A stretch of DNA of 64,000 nt from Octopus bimaculoides (taxonomy: Eukaryota): positions 51,728,921 through 51,792,920 of the forward strand of contig NC_068988.1 in NCBI RefSeq assembly GCF_001194135.2. Reading direction: 5' to 3'. The notes beneath the pieces are model-generated. The model was not told where the DNA came from, ran no database searches, and saw only the letters and a program-made list of their open reading frames with translations. The translations under genes and the position numbers were made by a program. This document shows, in pieces, positions 50,324 through 64,000 of this stretch (its first letter is position 1; each line of letters begins with the position of its first letter).

Positions 50324-51021
50324 CAGACTGTCCTCATTTAACGACCGAGTTACGTTCCAACAGCCCCGTCGTTAAGCAAATTCGTCGTTAAACAAATATT
50401 CATAGGGTACGTATTTTTTTTTTTATAGGCATAGTGTACTGTACGTACATATAAAAACAGAATACCGTACTGTATAAAGTATATGCAGTATAGGGTCAAG
50501 AATCACTAACATAAATTGTTGAAAAATTAATAAGTAACAGTAAGATTATCACAAGGAAAACCTTAAAAGTTAGGATATGGATGCTGTATTATTGTAGCTC
50601 AGACATCGTAAGTATGTTTGTGATTCCAGGCCCAGTACATAAGATGCCTAATAAACCTTTCTCGGGATTATATAGAAAAGGTGAAAAGGTTTAAAGGAAA
50701 CTCAAACAATAACTTTGTTTTACTTTGGATAAAGATTACAAAAGCAACTCATTCTTGACATCGAAATGCATGAAAAATCCCGTCAGTGTTGTTTGCTTTG
50801 TTATCTTCTTTTTTCGTCATAAATTTCTCGATAACATCGTCATAAATTTCTCGATAACATCGTCATAAATTTCTCAATAACACGTTCTCGTACAGCGCAC
50901 AATACGACAGTCAAAGTTTTTAAGTTTTTATACTTTGTAAAATATGTAATGATGGCGCGTAAAGTTCGTCGTAACTCCGAGTGGTCGTTAAATAGGTAGG
51001 TCGTTAAATGAGGACAGTCTG
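50324..51021. mobile_element. Tc1/mariner (pogo/Tigger-like) MITE, TA TSD
   Basis: TA|CAGACTGTCCTCATTTAACGACC ... GGTCGTTAAATGAGGACAGTCTG|TA perfect 23-bp TIR; internal 23-bp triplication cgtcataaatttctcgataacat at about 50815-50883. Confidence 0.9.
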
Positions 51022-51555
51022 TATAATTATTATTACCAGGGATTGTAGAAAAAATTGTATAACTGGGAATTGTATAAAAAAATTTTAATAACTTATTAAT
51101 TGTAGAAGTATAACCAATTTATTGCAGTTAACTTGTAGCAACAAAATCTTATATCGACCCTGGTTAAGAATCGCCATCCTAAACAGACTTTGTCTAAGAA
51201 GAAAAGACGAAAATGATATAGTGACAATTGAAACGCCTTTCATCATTGATAAGTTTGCACGATAGGACTGAACGGACTACAGTAAAAAAATAAATAAATA
51301 AATAAATAAATAAATAACTTAAAACGATAAAAGAAAAACACGTCAGCTAATGTCAAATATAGAGTATGACGAAATAACAGAGACATGCTAGAAAAATAAG
51401 TACACGACACTTTTATCAGTGTCTGTGTGAAGAAATACTTCCTGTATAAATATGGAAATGTCGCGTGTTGTAAAAGCATGTGACATGATAGTGAAAAGAA
51501 TCACTAGGTAACCTACAATAGAGCATATTATTATCATTTAGATAAAGACTGTCCT

Positions 51556-51960
51556 CATGTTACAGAATCAAAGCGTTTCTGAAAATCTTGACGTAACGGG
51601 AAATTAATTTTCCTGATGGCTTTCAAGGTACAGGAACTCCCACATGTTACAGAATCAAAGCGTTCCTGAAAATCTTAACGTAATGCGAAATTAATTTTCC
51701 TAGTGGCTATTATGGTATAACTATAGATTATATTGTTTAAATACAGGAATCCCTTCACGTTACGGAATCAACGCGTTCCTGAACATTTTGACGTAACGCG
51801 AAATTAATTTTCTTGCTGACTTTTAAGCTATAACTATAGAGCATATTATTGTTTAAATACAGGAACCCCCTTATGTTACGGAATCAATGCGCTCCTGATA
51901 GTCTTGACGCAATGCGAAACTAATTTTCCTATTGGTTTTCATGCTATAACTATAAAGCAT
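51556..51960 (+). repeat. Minisatellite, 4 units of about 87-116 bp
   Basis: Units start at 51556, 51643, 51756 and 51872 (catgttac.gaatcaa.gcg...ttgacgtaa.gcgaaattaattttc). Confidence 0.85.
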
Positions 51961-52235
51961 AAAATGAATTATTAGCGACGGAAGCAGTATTAATATCAAA
52001 AAGTAACCTTTATATTCTAATTAACATGGTTGCCTGAGTGCTTGAGAGTCTCTCAAGGCTAATAACGCAGTATTCGGTATTCTATCAAGACGCCCATGTT
52101 AAGTTGTATATAGGGCATATTATTATTTAAATACCGGAATCTCATACGGAAACCTAGAAAACTCATGTCGTAATGAATTTTTTTTTTTTGTAAGTGAATG
52201 GACGGCAAAAACAACCGTAACAATAAGAATAAAAC

Positions 52236-52485
52236 GGTGATCTTACTGTATGAGTCCTAAATATCGGCCTTTTCCGTAAAAAGTGTTTTCGGCGATCTTT
52301 GCGAAAGATCGGCCTTTTCCGTAAAAAGTGTTGGAGAGAAACAGGGAAACGACGTCATAAAAGCGAAAGACATACAGAGAGCGCGATTTATTTTGAAGGG
52401 TTTAGGGTTAGGGTTAGGGTTAGGATTTGGTTTTTAGGGTTTGGGTTAGGGAATTCCGTCCCTAACAGTAACCGTAACCCTAACC
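52236..52485 (+). mobile_element. Non-autonomous element with inverted telomere-like repeats, copy 1 (cut by gap)
   Basis: Closely similar to the reverse complement of 63056-63435. Confidence 0.85.
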
Positions 52486-53237
52486 NNNNNNNNNNNNNNN
52501 NNNNNNNNNNNNNNNNNNNNNNNNNNNNNNNNNNNNNNNNNNNNNNNNNNNNNNNNNNNNNNNNNNNNNNNNNNNNNNNNNNNNNNNNNNNNNNNNNNNN
52601 NNNNNNNNNNNNNNNNNNNNNNNNNNNNNNNNNNNNNNNNNNNNNNNNNNNNNNNNNNNNNNNNNNNNNNNNNNNNNNNNNNNNNNNNNNNNNNNNNNNN
52701 NNNNNNNNNNNNNNNNNNNNNNNNNNNNNNNNNNNNNNNNNNNNNNNNNNNNNNNNNNNNNNNNNNNNNNNNNNNNNNNNNNNNNNNNNNNNNNNNNNNN
52801 NNNNNNNNNNNNNNNNNNNNNNNNNNNNNNNNNNNNNNNNNNNNNNNNNNNNNNNNNNNNNNNNNNNNNNNNNNNNNNNNNNNNNNNNNNNNNNNNNNNN
52901 NNNNNNNNNNNNNNNNNNNNNNNNNNNNNNNNNNNNNNNNNNNNNNNNNNNNNNNNNNNNNNNNNNNNNNNNNNNNNNNNNNNNNNNNNNNNNNNNNNNN
53001 NNNNNNNNNNNNNNNNNNNNNNNNNNNNNNNNNNNNNNNNNNNNNNNNNNNNNNNNNNNNNNNNNNNNNNNNNNNNNNNNNNNNNNNNNNNNNNNNNNNN
53101 NNNNNNNNNNNNNNNNNNNNNNNNNNNNNNNNNNNNNNNNNNNNNNNNNNNNNNNNNNNNNNNNNNNNNNNNNNNNNNNNNNNNNNNNNNNNNNNNNNNN
53201 NNNNNNNNNNNNNNNNNNNNNNNNNNNNNNNNNNNNN
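52486..53237. other. Assembly gap (N); other gaps 35375-35384, 38750-39195, 40729-41047, 42269-42729, 48975-49161, 60259-60571
   Basis: N runs; most abut microsatellites or repeats. Confidence 1.
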
Positions 53238-53297
<60 letters not shown>

Positions 53298-54589
53298 TGT
53301 CACTTAGACATATATGCAAGAAAATACATGAGAACACACCTTTACTCTCGATTGTTTGCCTCAAAGCTTGAGAGCTATGCCAGTAGAGCACAAGCTTCTG
53401 GTCCCATATTGGACAGGTCAAAGGATAGAAGCCAGACTAATGTGGACTACTTCTTCCCAGAGATAAAAGTGAGTATGTGTAGGGCCAACATCCCTCACTA
53501 GAAAAAAATAATGCTAAGTTACCGAGGCTATGATGACAAATCAAAACCAACATGACCTGGGACAGGAAAACTTCTCGTAACGAAACATATGTCGCGGTGC
53601 AACAAAATCTGAAAGGAAGTTGTAAGAAGCCAGGGATCGAACTGGAAAGAAGCGGAAAAGTCAGTCCAAAGTCGAAAGCAGGGGAGAAAAGTGGTCGATG
53701 GTCGATGAATTGTAAGGAATGAGGGATTCAAGTAAGCGAGGGAGCAAGTATGTAAATAAATGAAATACAAATAAAGGAACCAAAAATTTTAAAGAAAAAA
53801 TAAAAAGAGTACAAAAAGAAAATTAGATTAGTTGCACATATTGTCAAGTATTAATTAAGATAATCTTTTCTACTCTAGGCACAAGACCCGAAATTTTTGA
53901 GGAGGGGGCCAGTCGATTAGATCGACCCAGTACGCAACTGGTACTTAATTTATCGATCCCGAAAGGATGAAGGAAAAGTCGACCTCGGCGGAATTTGAAC
54001 TCAGAATGTAAAGACAGACGAAATACCACTAAGTATAAAAATAAAGGAACCAAAAATTTTAAAGGAAAAATAAAAAGAGTACAATAAGAAAATTAGATTA
54101 GTTGTAGTAGTTGCACACATTGTCAAGAATTAATTAATTAAGATAATCAGTAGCTGTCCGGTTGTGTTTTAATATAATGAATTAGAAATGAATTGAACGG
54201 AAAAACAAGAGACTAGAAGAAGGCAAATTATGTTATGAATTATATAACCTGTCAATTGTATTTGGATGTTGAAAGGATTTAAAGAATCAATATGGGTATC
54301 CAATCTCTTTGTCTTTGGATAAAGATGCTTCTTTTTCTCTTTCTTGGAGTTCTCATCACTTTTCAAATTTCTAAAATCTGTCCCTATTTTTATGAGATAC
54401 ATATTTAATACTCTTATAGTTATTTCTAATTCTGGCTTTCAGTTACTGTTGCAATTTTCTGCCACAGAAAAGAAACTAGAGCAAATTATGAGAATATTAA
54501 ACAAAAAAGAAAGAAATGTTTATTCAGAGATTTTTCGCTTACTTGCTGGGTCTGGAGGAAGGGGCAACGCTCACGGCCTTCGCTTCCCC

Positions 54590-55030
54590 CTATCCCCACT
54601 TGACTGGTGAGATTGATGGGCTTTATTGTTTCTCTTGAACGTCAACGCCAGTAGGAAACATGAGCAGGAGGGAATTCCGGAGGGTCGATAATCTGGGAAA
54701 GAAGGACTGGTTTGAGTGATTAGTGAGAGACCTAATGTAGGGTAGGGTTGGTCGCACATAACAAGAGTAATGAGAGGAAGAGAAACGAGTATAAAAGTAA
54801 GCCTAAATGGAGATGGCATGAGTCCAGTCTTGTTTGAGGAGTAAAGGCCTATTGTAGTCGAAATAGGAAAAAAAAAGCAGAGAGAGGAGGCAGCACGCCC
54901 GTAGGCCAGAGGTTAGATAGTATCTGTAAGTGACTTTATAGCAATCAACCGGATGGCCTTTTACAATCTAGGATGTTTGTATGAGCAGCAGCAGATAAGT
55001 AAAACATATACATCAAAGAAACTGGGAATT
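54590..55030 (-). mobile_element. CR1/L2-group LINE 3' fragment (resembles 12420-12850)
   Basis: AAAHTNILD..AIRLI-like, LTDTI*PLAYGRAASSL, QSFFP-like remnants. Confidence 0.6.
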
Positions 55031-56156
55031 TAGAATATAATTAAAACACATGAGATAAGAAAACGAAAATTACCATTAAGATAACGACAATGAAATATGT
55101 AATGACAAACACTTGCATGGCCTGAATTCAGCATAACTAGAACAAGGACTGAAATATGTAAATGGACACGGCCACGGCTGTTGTGTTCTATCACACTGCA
55201 CGAAATATTGTATAAATCAGAGCCGGATAGAGGCCCTAAGCACTTAAAAGATTTTGATGCATTCATATATATGTAATTTAAAATATAAATAATAATAAAC
55301 CGTAACATTGGTTTTTATCTTTCAAAATGAAACAAAACTAACAGTCCGATAGGAAATAACGTTTATTTTTGTATACTTCCACTTTATTTATATTCGAAAA
55401 GTCTTCTCCTACTTATTTTTTCTTTTTAATTGCAAAGTCTTTTCTCAGATCCTCATTTTGACAAATGAACACTTCGAAGTTATATTTCACTTCGAATATT
55501 ATTTTAGCAAGTTTAAAGTGATTTCTTTTGTGCCGTAAACCTTTTACTAATTCTGTGGTACCTTTTTCCCTTAAACCTGGAACATAACTGAGAACCCATA
55601 GGGTGTCCGTCCGGATAATGTATACCTCCAAACTCACATTAATACACACACGCACACTCATACATACATACATACATACATACATACATACATACATACA
55701 TACAGATATCTTCCGCGTTACGACAACTTCAGATTACAGTATTTCATGCTGGGGACAGAATGGAGATATAGATCGCATCTAGGTGACCTTAGGAGAGGGG
55801 AGGGGTGAGCCAGAAGAAAGCGAGCAAGATACTCGGGTGTAATAGACTCAATGCTAAGGGTAGTGGCGTCACGATTATCATCAAAGACTGTGCTCTTTGC
55901 ATTACGTTATATTTCACCTTTGGACTGCGGTGGACCCATGTGCTCATGCGACAGTGAGACATGCGAGTAATATCTGAGTCGAAACCTGAATCGTATAATT
56001 GCAAGTGGCTGTGTGGTAAGAGGCTCGCTTCCCAACCAAATAGTTCCGGGTTCAGTCCCACTGCGTGGCGCTTTGGGCAAGTGTCTTCTTCTATAGCCAC
56101 AGGCCGACCAAAGCCTTGTGAGTGGATTTCGTAGACCGAAACTGAAATGAGCCCGT

Positions 56157-56198
<42 letters not shown>

Positions 56199-57834
56199 AG
56201 AGTGTACGAAAAAAAAAACAACAACAGACGAGGACAGGTGGTGTAAACAACAAAAGGATGTATTAGTATGACGCTCGGGAATACGGAAAGTCTTTAACGT
56301 TTCGAGCTACGCTCTTCAACAGAAAGAATACGGAGAAAACAAGGAGAAAAACACGGGGGGAAAAATGAATAGTCACTGGTCAACGATCTATATGCATGCA
56401 TGTATGTATGTATGTATGTATGTAAGTATGTATGTATGTCTAAATCGAACTTCACCACCACCACAATGCATCAACACCAATATAATCACTGCCATTACCG
56501 ACCCACCAACTAAAGAGCAAGAAAAAAAAAACCAGACACTAAAAACTTGGGACATAATCACACAAACAGCAGTCAATAAGGATGCCTTAATGTGATAGCT
56601 CTATCTATCAGAAAGAACAGCCAATTTGCCTTTGAATTACATTATACTGTTTAAAAAAATTGGTTACAACGTACATTGTATAATATACCTTAAAGGATAG
56701 ATCGTATAATGCAATTCGAAATACACTATGGATTGTTATAATTGAAACACCGTTGGTCATAGGTGTACTTAATAAAGGATGACTTGGTACTTAACCACAA
56801 TGATTAATTTTTGACATAGGCACAAGGCCAGAAATTAGAGGGGATAATTGTTAAATCGTCCCAGCATTTGAATAGCACTTCACTTTATCAACCCCTGACA
56901 GGTTGAGTGACAAAGCTAGCCGTTGACTTCAAGGAATGAGTGGAGATTTGAAATCAGAATTTAAAGAGTCAGATGAAATACTGCAATGCATTATCCGTCT
57001 CTCTAACGATTCTGCTAAATCATCTAGACATCATCCTTAAGGACATGAGAAGGAATTATCATGTCTTTAGAAGTGTTGCATTAAATTCTCTTAATCGGTA
57101 CTGCATGGCCGCAGTCAAATGACTGAAACAAGTTAGAGAATAAAAGAATAGCTCAGTAGCAAGTCAGACTATCAAAATACAAGGTATGATACATAAAGTT
57201 AAAAGACACCGGATGTGGTCGATCAAATCAACACCATTACTTTTTCTATTTGCCACATTTTGCTGAACGCTGAAGTACAGAGACGTAAGTAAACTAACAC
57301 TGTGTATTTTCCCACTCTCTCCCTCTCTCTCTCCCTCTCTCTCTCTCTATCACACACACACAACATTAACCTGTGAAGCCAACAACAGAACTTCTCGCAG
57401 GTTGTAGACCTGCAAGAATTAGAAACTAAATCCCCTTGAAATCACACCCTATCTTCTTTTAAAACGGATTGGATTATAATTGTGCCCTGAGTGCAATGTC
57501 TTTAGGAAAAAAAATAAAATAAAATACTGGGTATTCACGGCTGAATTGCTTTTGATCAATAGACCTGGTCAATTAGGGCTGATCTTGGGTTAAAAAGCAA
57601 TAATAGTATCGATTAGTTCATTGTAAAACGTGAACTCTGAGAAAATGTGTAGCCTAGGGGCTAGGGTATTCGGCTCATGATCACAAGATCGTGGGTTCAG
57701 TTCCTGGACATTGTGTGTCCTTAATTAAGGCTCTTCATATCACGTCCTTTTATTCTACTCAGCTGTAATGTGTACCAGCTAGATGCTGGTGCATCCCCCT
57801 CCCTGACATGATCTTTATTGTAGGTGTTCTAGAG

Positions 57835-58101
57835 CAGGGGTTTTCAAACTTTTTGACTTGCGGACCCCTACCTTATAAACGCTTATGAAATTTATACATA
57901 AATATTTGCTTAAAATAACATATTTTTACATTTGTTTATTTAACAGTATTTAACAAATAGGTTTATTGTCAATTAAAAGATTTCGATTAAAAAACATATA
58001 TAAAATCAAATTGCCCATAAAAAGTATTTGCTGTCTACGGACCCCCTGTCTTGTCCTTGCGGACCCCCTGTGGTCCGCGGACCACAGTTTGAAAACCCCT
58101 G
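57835..58101. mobile_element. hAT (Charlie-like) MITE with 8-bp TSD TTCTAGAG
   Basis: TIR CAGGGGTTTTCAAACT / AGTTTGAAAACCCCTG; TTCTAGAG at 57827-57834 and 58102-58109 fits the NTCTAGAN target preference of Charlie elements. Confidence 0.92.
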
Positions 58102-59842
58102 TTCTAGAGAATTAAAAAGGAGACCTAGAATGACAAAGTCGTTCCTACAATAAACATCCTAACTTTTTTTCAAGTATAGTGTACCTTGAATACAAGGGCA
58201 TAGACAGGTTTTAAAGTTAGGCAGAGCGAGTACATAAAAAAAGGTGCCGTGATAGATACTAAACAATTTTTTACTCATTGATTATACATTTATAAAAGGT
58301 ACCAATTTTGAAAAAAATATGCTCGAGGGGATGAGGAGCGATCATTCTCCTTGTTCCTCTATTAGCCACGCGACTGCTTGTATATTATACCATCGTATGC
58401 GTCTTTATTTTGAAGGTGAAGGGGAATAATTCGTAGCAGATATGACTGCTATTTCTAGCAGATCGAATGACTACGTAGGACTTTTTGATTATAACGGCGA
58501 TAGTGATGGGAGGATGGTGCATGACGGGTAAAAAAATTGAGATCCAATAGATGACGATAATTGATGATGATGTTGGCGAGAAGGAGGAGTCTTCGCAGGA
58601 GGAGGGAAGAAAGGACAAAAATAATAAAAATGAGAAAATAAACACAAGCACGAAAGCAAAATGCAAAACAAGAAAATGAAAATAATACGATAATATTCGC
58701 TACATACCTTAACCGTTTTCCTTTCTAGCACAAAATCATGTTATTAGCTACACCAGCAACAAGAGCAGTAGTTTGCAACGTATTTTATAAATCATAAAGA
58801 AAGTGGTGCGAAAGGAAACAAAAGTCCATGTTTACAGATGAATGAATGAATGAATGAATAAATAAATAAATATATATATGTATATATATATGATAAATAA
58901 ATAAATTTATATGTTTGTTTGTATATGTATATCTGTAGACAGATATAGATAAATAGATAGATAGATAGAGTCACTAGTAAGATACGTGGCAGTTGGTTAC
59001 GCTGATTCGAACTAAAACGTTCAGAAATGTAATGTGACTTAAAGATTTTGTATCCGTGTTCTTATATAAGTTTTTGTAATTTCTCTTTCTATTTATAGTA
59101 CCTGATGAAATTGTGTTTTAAAGAGGTCACACAGGAAGATGATGTCAACTTCGTCCTTAGATAATTTTGTTTCTCTTTTCTTGCATTTCGTCTTCCCCTC
59201 CAACGCTCTTGTAAGAGTTGCCGCCATCCGGCACAGATGATTAACTTTTCTACGGGTCGAAGTGTAGACAGTTCGGGCCTCTATAAAGGCGAAGTTTTTT
59301 TTCTTATGTCTAAAAGAACTCAGTTAAGTGTGGAATACATTTAAATCTAAGAAGGACTGTCCGAAACTATAACCAAACCTGCCATGCATCAGAATCCAGA
59401 GTAAGAAGACTCAGGAAAAAACGTCCCAGGAGAAAAAAATCATAGGGAAAAGTTACTAGCAATACACAGAACTACAGGGCTATAACAGCGTTTCTCGTGG
59501 AATACTTGTCTTAGTCATCAACATTAAAAATACTAAATATACATGTAATGCGATGGGGTCGATGAGCACTGGGGTCGATGTAATCGACTTACCCGCTCTC
59601 CCGAAATTGCTGGCTTTGTGCCAAACTTTTGAAACCAATATGTACATGTCATTTATTGTAAATAAATGACTGAAAATAAATGACTGACTTGAATTTTTTG
59701 TTTCATGGGCGTGGGTGTGATAAGTTTGCTTCCCACTGCGTTGTACCTTGGGCAAGTGTCTGCTATATCTTCGGGTCGACCATAGATTTTTGAGTGGATT
59801 TGGTAGACGGTAACTGAAAGAAGACTATCGTGTGTGTGTGTT

Positions 59843-59873
<31 letters not shown>

Positions 59874-62800
59874 TCCCCACCACCGCTTGACAAACGATGT
59901 TGATGTGTTTACGCCTTCGTAAATTAGCGGTTCGGCAAAACAGACTGATAGAATAAGTACCAGGCATTTAAAGAGAGAGAAAAAAAAGTTTTGTGGTAAA
60001 TTCGTTCGACTAAAATACTTCAAGGTGGTGCCCCAGTACCCCAACACAGTTGCAGTCTAATGACTGAAACAGGTAACAGGTGAAACATTGTCTTTGCTTA
60101 AGAAACTCATTAAAAGGGGTTTTTTTTGTTCACACTTGTAATGCCATCATACATAAATTGTGTACAAGTCATACACTGTCAGTAACTGATTTAAAATATA
60201 TTTTGTTTTATTACTTTAGTTGTTTCTAGTATTGAATAAAATGTAACTTTTTTTCCTANNNNNNNNNNNNNNNNNNNNNNNNNNNNNNNNNNNNNNNNNN
60301 NNNNNNNNNNNNNNNNNNNNNNNNNNNNNNNNNNNNNNNNNNNNNNNNNNNNNNNNNNNNNNNNNNNNNNNNNNNNNNNNNNNNNNNNNNNNNNNNNNNN
60401 NNNNNNNNNNNNNNNNNNNNNNNNNNNNNNNNNNNNNNNNNNNNNNNNNNNNNNNNNNNNNNNNNNNNNNNNNNNNNNNNNNNNNNNNNNNNNNNNNNNN
60501 NNNNNNNNNNNNNNNNNNNNNNNNNNNNNNNNNNNNNNNNNNNNNNNNNNNNNNNNNNNNNNNNNNNNNNNTAAAGCTCCGCGAGGCTCCGTTAGGGGAG
60601 GGGGGCGAACCCTGCTGTACTCTTTCACTTCAACTTTCTCTCTTTTTTCCTGCTTCTGTTGTACCTGTATTTCTAAGGGCCAGCCTTGTCACACTCTGTG
60701 TCACGCTGAATCTCCCCGAGAACTACGTTAAGGGTACACGTGTCTGTGGAGTGCTCAGCCACTTGCACGTTAATTTCACGAGCAGAGTGTTCCGTTGATC
60801 GGTTCAACTGAGACCCACGTCGTCGTAACCGACGGAGTGCCACGATACTATGCTTGGAAAAACAAAAATAAGAGATGATCACGGCTGGAACGCCACCGAT
60901 CATAGATCAGTTGGTTAGGTTAAACAACGTAACTGAACGAAATGAATTCTCTGAGCAGTTCGTTTCACTGATAATGCTGATTTTAAAACCTACCAAAATA
61001 AGTTCCAGTTGAGTATTGAGGTTATCTAATCTGGTGTTTCTGATGCCCCACCACCACCACCACCACCACCACCATCACCACAGCACCCCCAGAAGAGGTT
61101 GCGAGAATTGAAAAGAGGGAGCGGACAAAATATTAAATTTGAGGAAATCATGACGGACTCCAACTTTCTAAACTTGTCAAACATGTTGGAGAAGAAAAAA
61201 AAGTTATAAGGATGCGAATATTATTAATAACTAGCTTAAAAACCGTCCTAGCTCCTGTGGAGGGCTCTTCGTAGGGCCTTGAGCCCAATAATGACACGTC
61301 ATGCATTGAGTACAAATTAAATTCTATTAAACCTGACACATATTTTTCAAGCAATGAACAATTTTCGTCAAAAGAATATATGTCGACTTGGAGCTTATTG
61401 CAAAGCTTCGTGATGAACAGCATTTTTTGTCTTCCCATTCGGGGGTCAGTACAATTTTTTTTTCTGTCTAATCTCTTTCTTACTCTCTCTCTCTTTTCTG
61501 CTGATTGTTTTCAACCATCACCATCACCAGTACCACCACCATCGCCACCACAACTGCCATACACACATCACTCAGACTTCTGACGCCACCAGCATCAACA
61601 CCTTTGACTTCGTCGCCTTCCCCTCCACCACTATCACCATTGTCTTTCACACCCCTCACTATCACCGTCGTGCTTGACCGCCTCAGCTACCTCCACCACA
61701 ACCACCACCATCATCGCCGTCACCTCCGTCTCTACCACTACAGCTCATACTTTTGCTACCACCCCATTATCATCTCAACTGTCAATCTACTATCGCCTTC
61801 ACCGTCTCTATGCCTACTATTACTCTCACCTCAGTAAAACGAGTAGAAGTGTCATTGAATAGTGAGAGAGGGGGTCAAAGTGTGACACACTGACACACGG
61901 AAATTCGTGCTGGCATTTTTTGTTATAGAAGAGAGGGAGAGGTAAGGTAAAATTTCTCCAATGTTCCTTGGAGAACCGCTTTTTCTCAGTTTGAGAGCAA
62001 CTGATCTAATTAGTGGCACCTGATCCTCGGCATTTGCGGTCTTCTTGTGCTTATGTATGAAATCGGATGTTTTTTTTTTTGCGTGAATCATTCAAAAGCT
62101 AACGAGAAATGTATGTCAGTAGGGCAAAACCGATGTTATCAGTCTGTGACTCAGGGTAGTCACAGGATGGAGCACCAATTATGCCTTTATCTATTACAAT
62201 CCCATTGACCATTAGGATGTTTTATAAGAATATTTAGGTTAAACCCAATATACGAACCCGGAAGATGTGTTGTATCGTAGAGTGTGTACGCAATTAACAA
62301 TTTAATCGCATTCCATGCTTAATTACGTAGATGTTTTAATGCAGCTGAATAACCAAACTTTTTCATTGAAACACAGTATCTTCAACAGTCCCGCTCACGT
62401 GCAACCACGTGAAATTGTGTTCTAGTATTGCTCCAAATTTTGGCACAAGGCCATCAATTTTAGAAGTGAGGAATAAGTCGATTACATCGATCACGGTGCT
62501 TGACTTGTATTTATTTCATCAATCTCGAAAGTCTGAAAGGCAAAGTCGACCCCGGTGGAATTTAAACTCAGAATGCTAAGAGCCGGAAGAAATGCCGCTA
62601 AGTATTTTGTTCGACGTGCCTTAACACATGCCATAATATTGGTTTCAAATTTTGGCACAAGGCCAGTAAGTTCGGGTGAGGGGTTAAGTCCTTTACATCG
62701 ATTCCAGTAATCGAACGGTATTTATTTTAGCGACCCCGAAAGGATGAAAGGCAAAGTCGTCCTCGGCGGAATTTGAACTCAGACGGATGAGATGCCGATA

Positions 62801-63055
62801 AGCATTTTGCCCGGTATGCCTACGATTCTGCCTGCTCGCCGCCTTAATACATGTCATTATATTAGCATAACATGAATTATCTCCACTTCCAGAAACGAAA
62901 TTATTTAATTTTTCTTCTTATTGTATAACTTCATCTGAAAATCATTGCAATTGTTTGGCTCTGTATTTAGTCCACCATGAATATCTGTATCATTATTTAT
63001 TTGATCTGCATGAGCTTATATACTGTGTTCATTCTTAAGAATCGCAGCTGCATTT

Positions 63056-63435
63056 GTGTCTTCGGCGATCTTTACGAAAGATCGGCCTTTTCCCTAACAC
63101 CCGCACGATCTTCACTACGGTGTTAGGGTTAGGGTTTTAGTGTCAGGGTTAGGATTTTAGGGTTAGGGTTAGTGTTAAGGGTTAGGGTTAGGGTTAGGGA
63201 CGAAATTCCCTAACCGAAACCCTAAAACACAAACCCTAACTCTAAGCCTAAGCCTAAGCTTAACCCTAAACCCTTCAAAATAAATCGCGCTCTCTGTATG
63301 TCTTTCACTTTTATGACGTCGTTTCCCTGTTTCTCTCCAACACTTTTTACGGAAAAGGCCGATGTTTGGTAAAGATCGCCGAAGACACTTTTTACGGAAA
63401 AGGCCGATATTTAGGACTCGTACCGTAAGATCGCC
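63056..63435 (-). mobile_element. Non-autonomous element with inverted telomere-like repeats, copy 2 (appears complete)
   Basis: 38-bp IR 63056-63093 / 63351-63388; (TTAGGG)-like 63123-63199 facing (CCCTAA)-like 63208-63273. Confidence 0.85.
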
Positions 63436-64000
63436 TGAAATTTTAGTACTGTTTGTGGTCCCATCTTCTTTAGTTGTTCTCTTTGACAAATTAAAAAAAG
63501 AAATTGTATTGGGTGCCCAGACAGAATGATCCTAGTATGAAGGGGCTGGTTGCGTCACTGAACATTCAAAAATGAGTGATAGTTCTGGCGTAAATTAAAT
63601 CAACTATACATCTCTTCAAAAATTTGTGACCTAGAACCCATATTAGAAGCCTTATTTTAAACATGTCTTTACCATTTAATAAAATTGAAGTCTTGATGTG
63701 ATTTGTTGTCTTTTAGGCTCTTCTCATATTGAACAACGCTGTTAAATACATATATACAATCGTACATACGTATATACAATCACACATATATACATACACA
63801 CATATACACACATACGTATACATATACATGCATATATGCATACATACAGACAGACACACACACATACATTACATACAAACACACTTTTACATACACTCAC
63901 ACGTACATACACATACATACACATACAGACAAATATATACACACACACACGTACGTACGTATATGCATACATACATTGATGTGTTTCACAATATATATAT

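Noticed and set aside
60572-60910. GC-richer block after the gap, possibly an exon or repeat
   Set aside because: No ORF with recognisable homology and only one copy in the window; cannot classify without a search.
63123-63273. True ancestral chromosome-fusion site
   Set aside because: The same junction with the same flank occurs twice in the window, indicating a dispersed element.

Overview
AT-rich, gappy, microsatellite-dense animal genomic DNA. The repeat style suggests an octopus or other coleoid cephalopod (inference). I can support one protein-coding gene: a spliced ornithine decarboxylase (ODC) on the minus strand, CDS complement(join(<1..82,844..1058,2809..2933,3411..3570,4812..4977,5908..6045,6756..6928,9041..9117,9939..10035,10859..10981)). 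It gives at least 452 codons, runs off the left edge, has phase-consistent GT-AG junctions and has intact catalytic motifs. The main result lies in its 5' leader and is invisible to the ORF track: an AUU-initiated, 49-codon upstream conserved coding region (uCC) split by a 16-kb intron, complement(join(21122..21223,37266..37313)), IPGKNSKENGCGASVQ|GGCSGLYYIENPEGFCHFKRKFNFNAEPPWDPS*. It ends in the polyamine/eIF5A-sensitive PPW motif known from the AZIN1/ODC uCC family. Around it are several elements that could rewire that control (inference): a tiny AUG uORF in frame with the uCC, an alternative donor, and a candidate cassette exon whose AUG-ORF ends in the UGA-CUAG readthrough motif in frame with the PPW exon. 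The rest is transposon debris: SINEs; CR1-, RTE- and R4/Dong-like LINE pieces; hAT, Tc1/mariner and other MITEs; a minimal hammerhead ribozyme motif; and a two-copy element with inverted telomere-like repeats. Repeat boundaries are approximate unless TIR/TSD sequences are quoted. Family assignments come from remembered motifs, not database searches.
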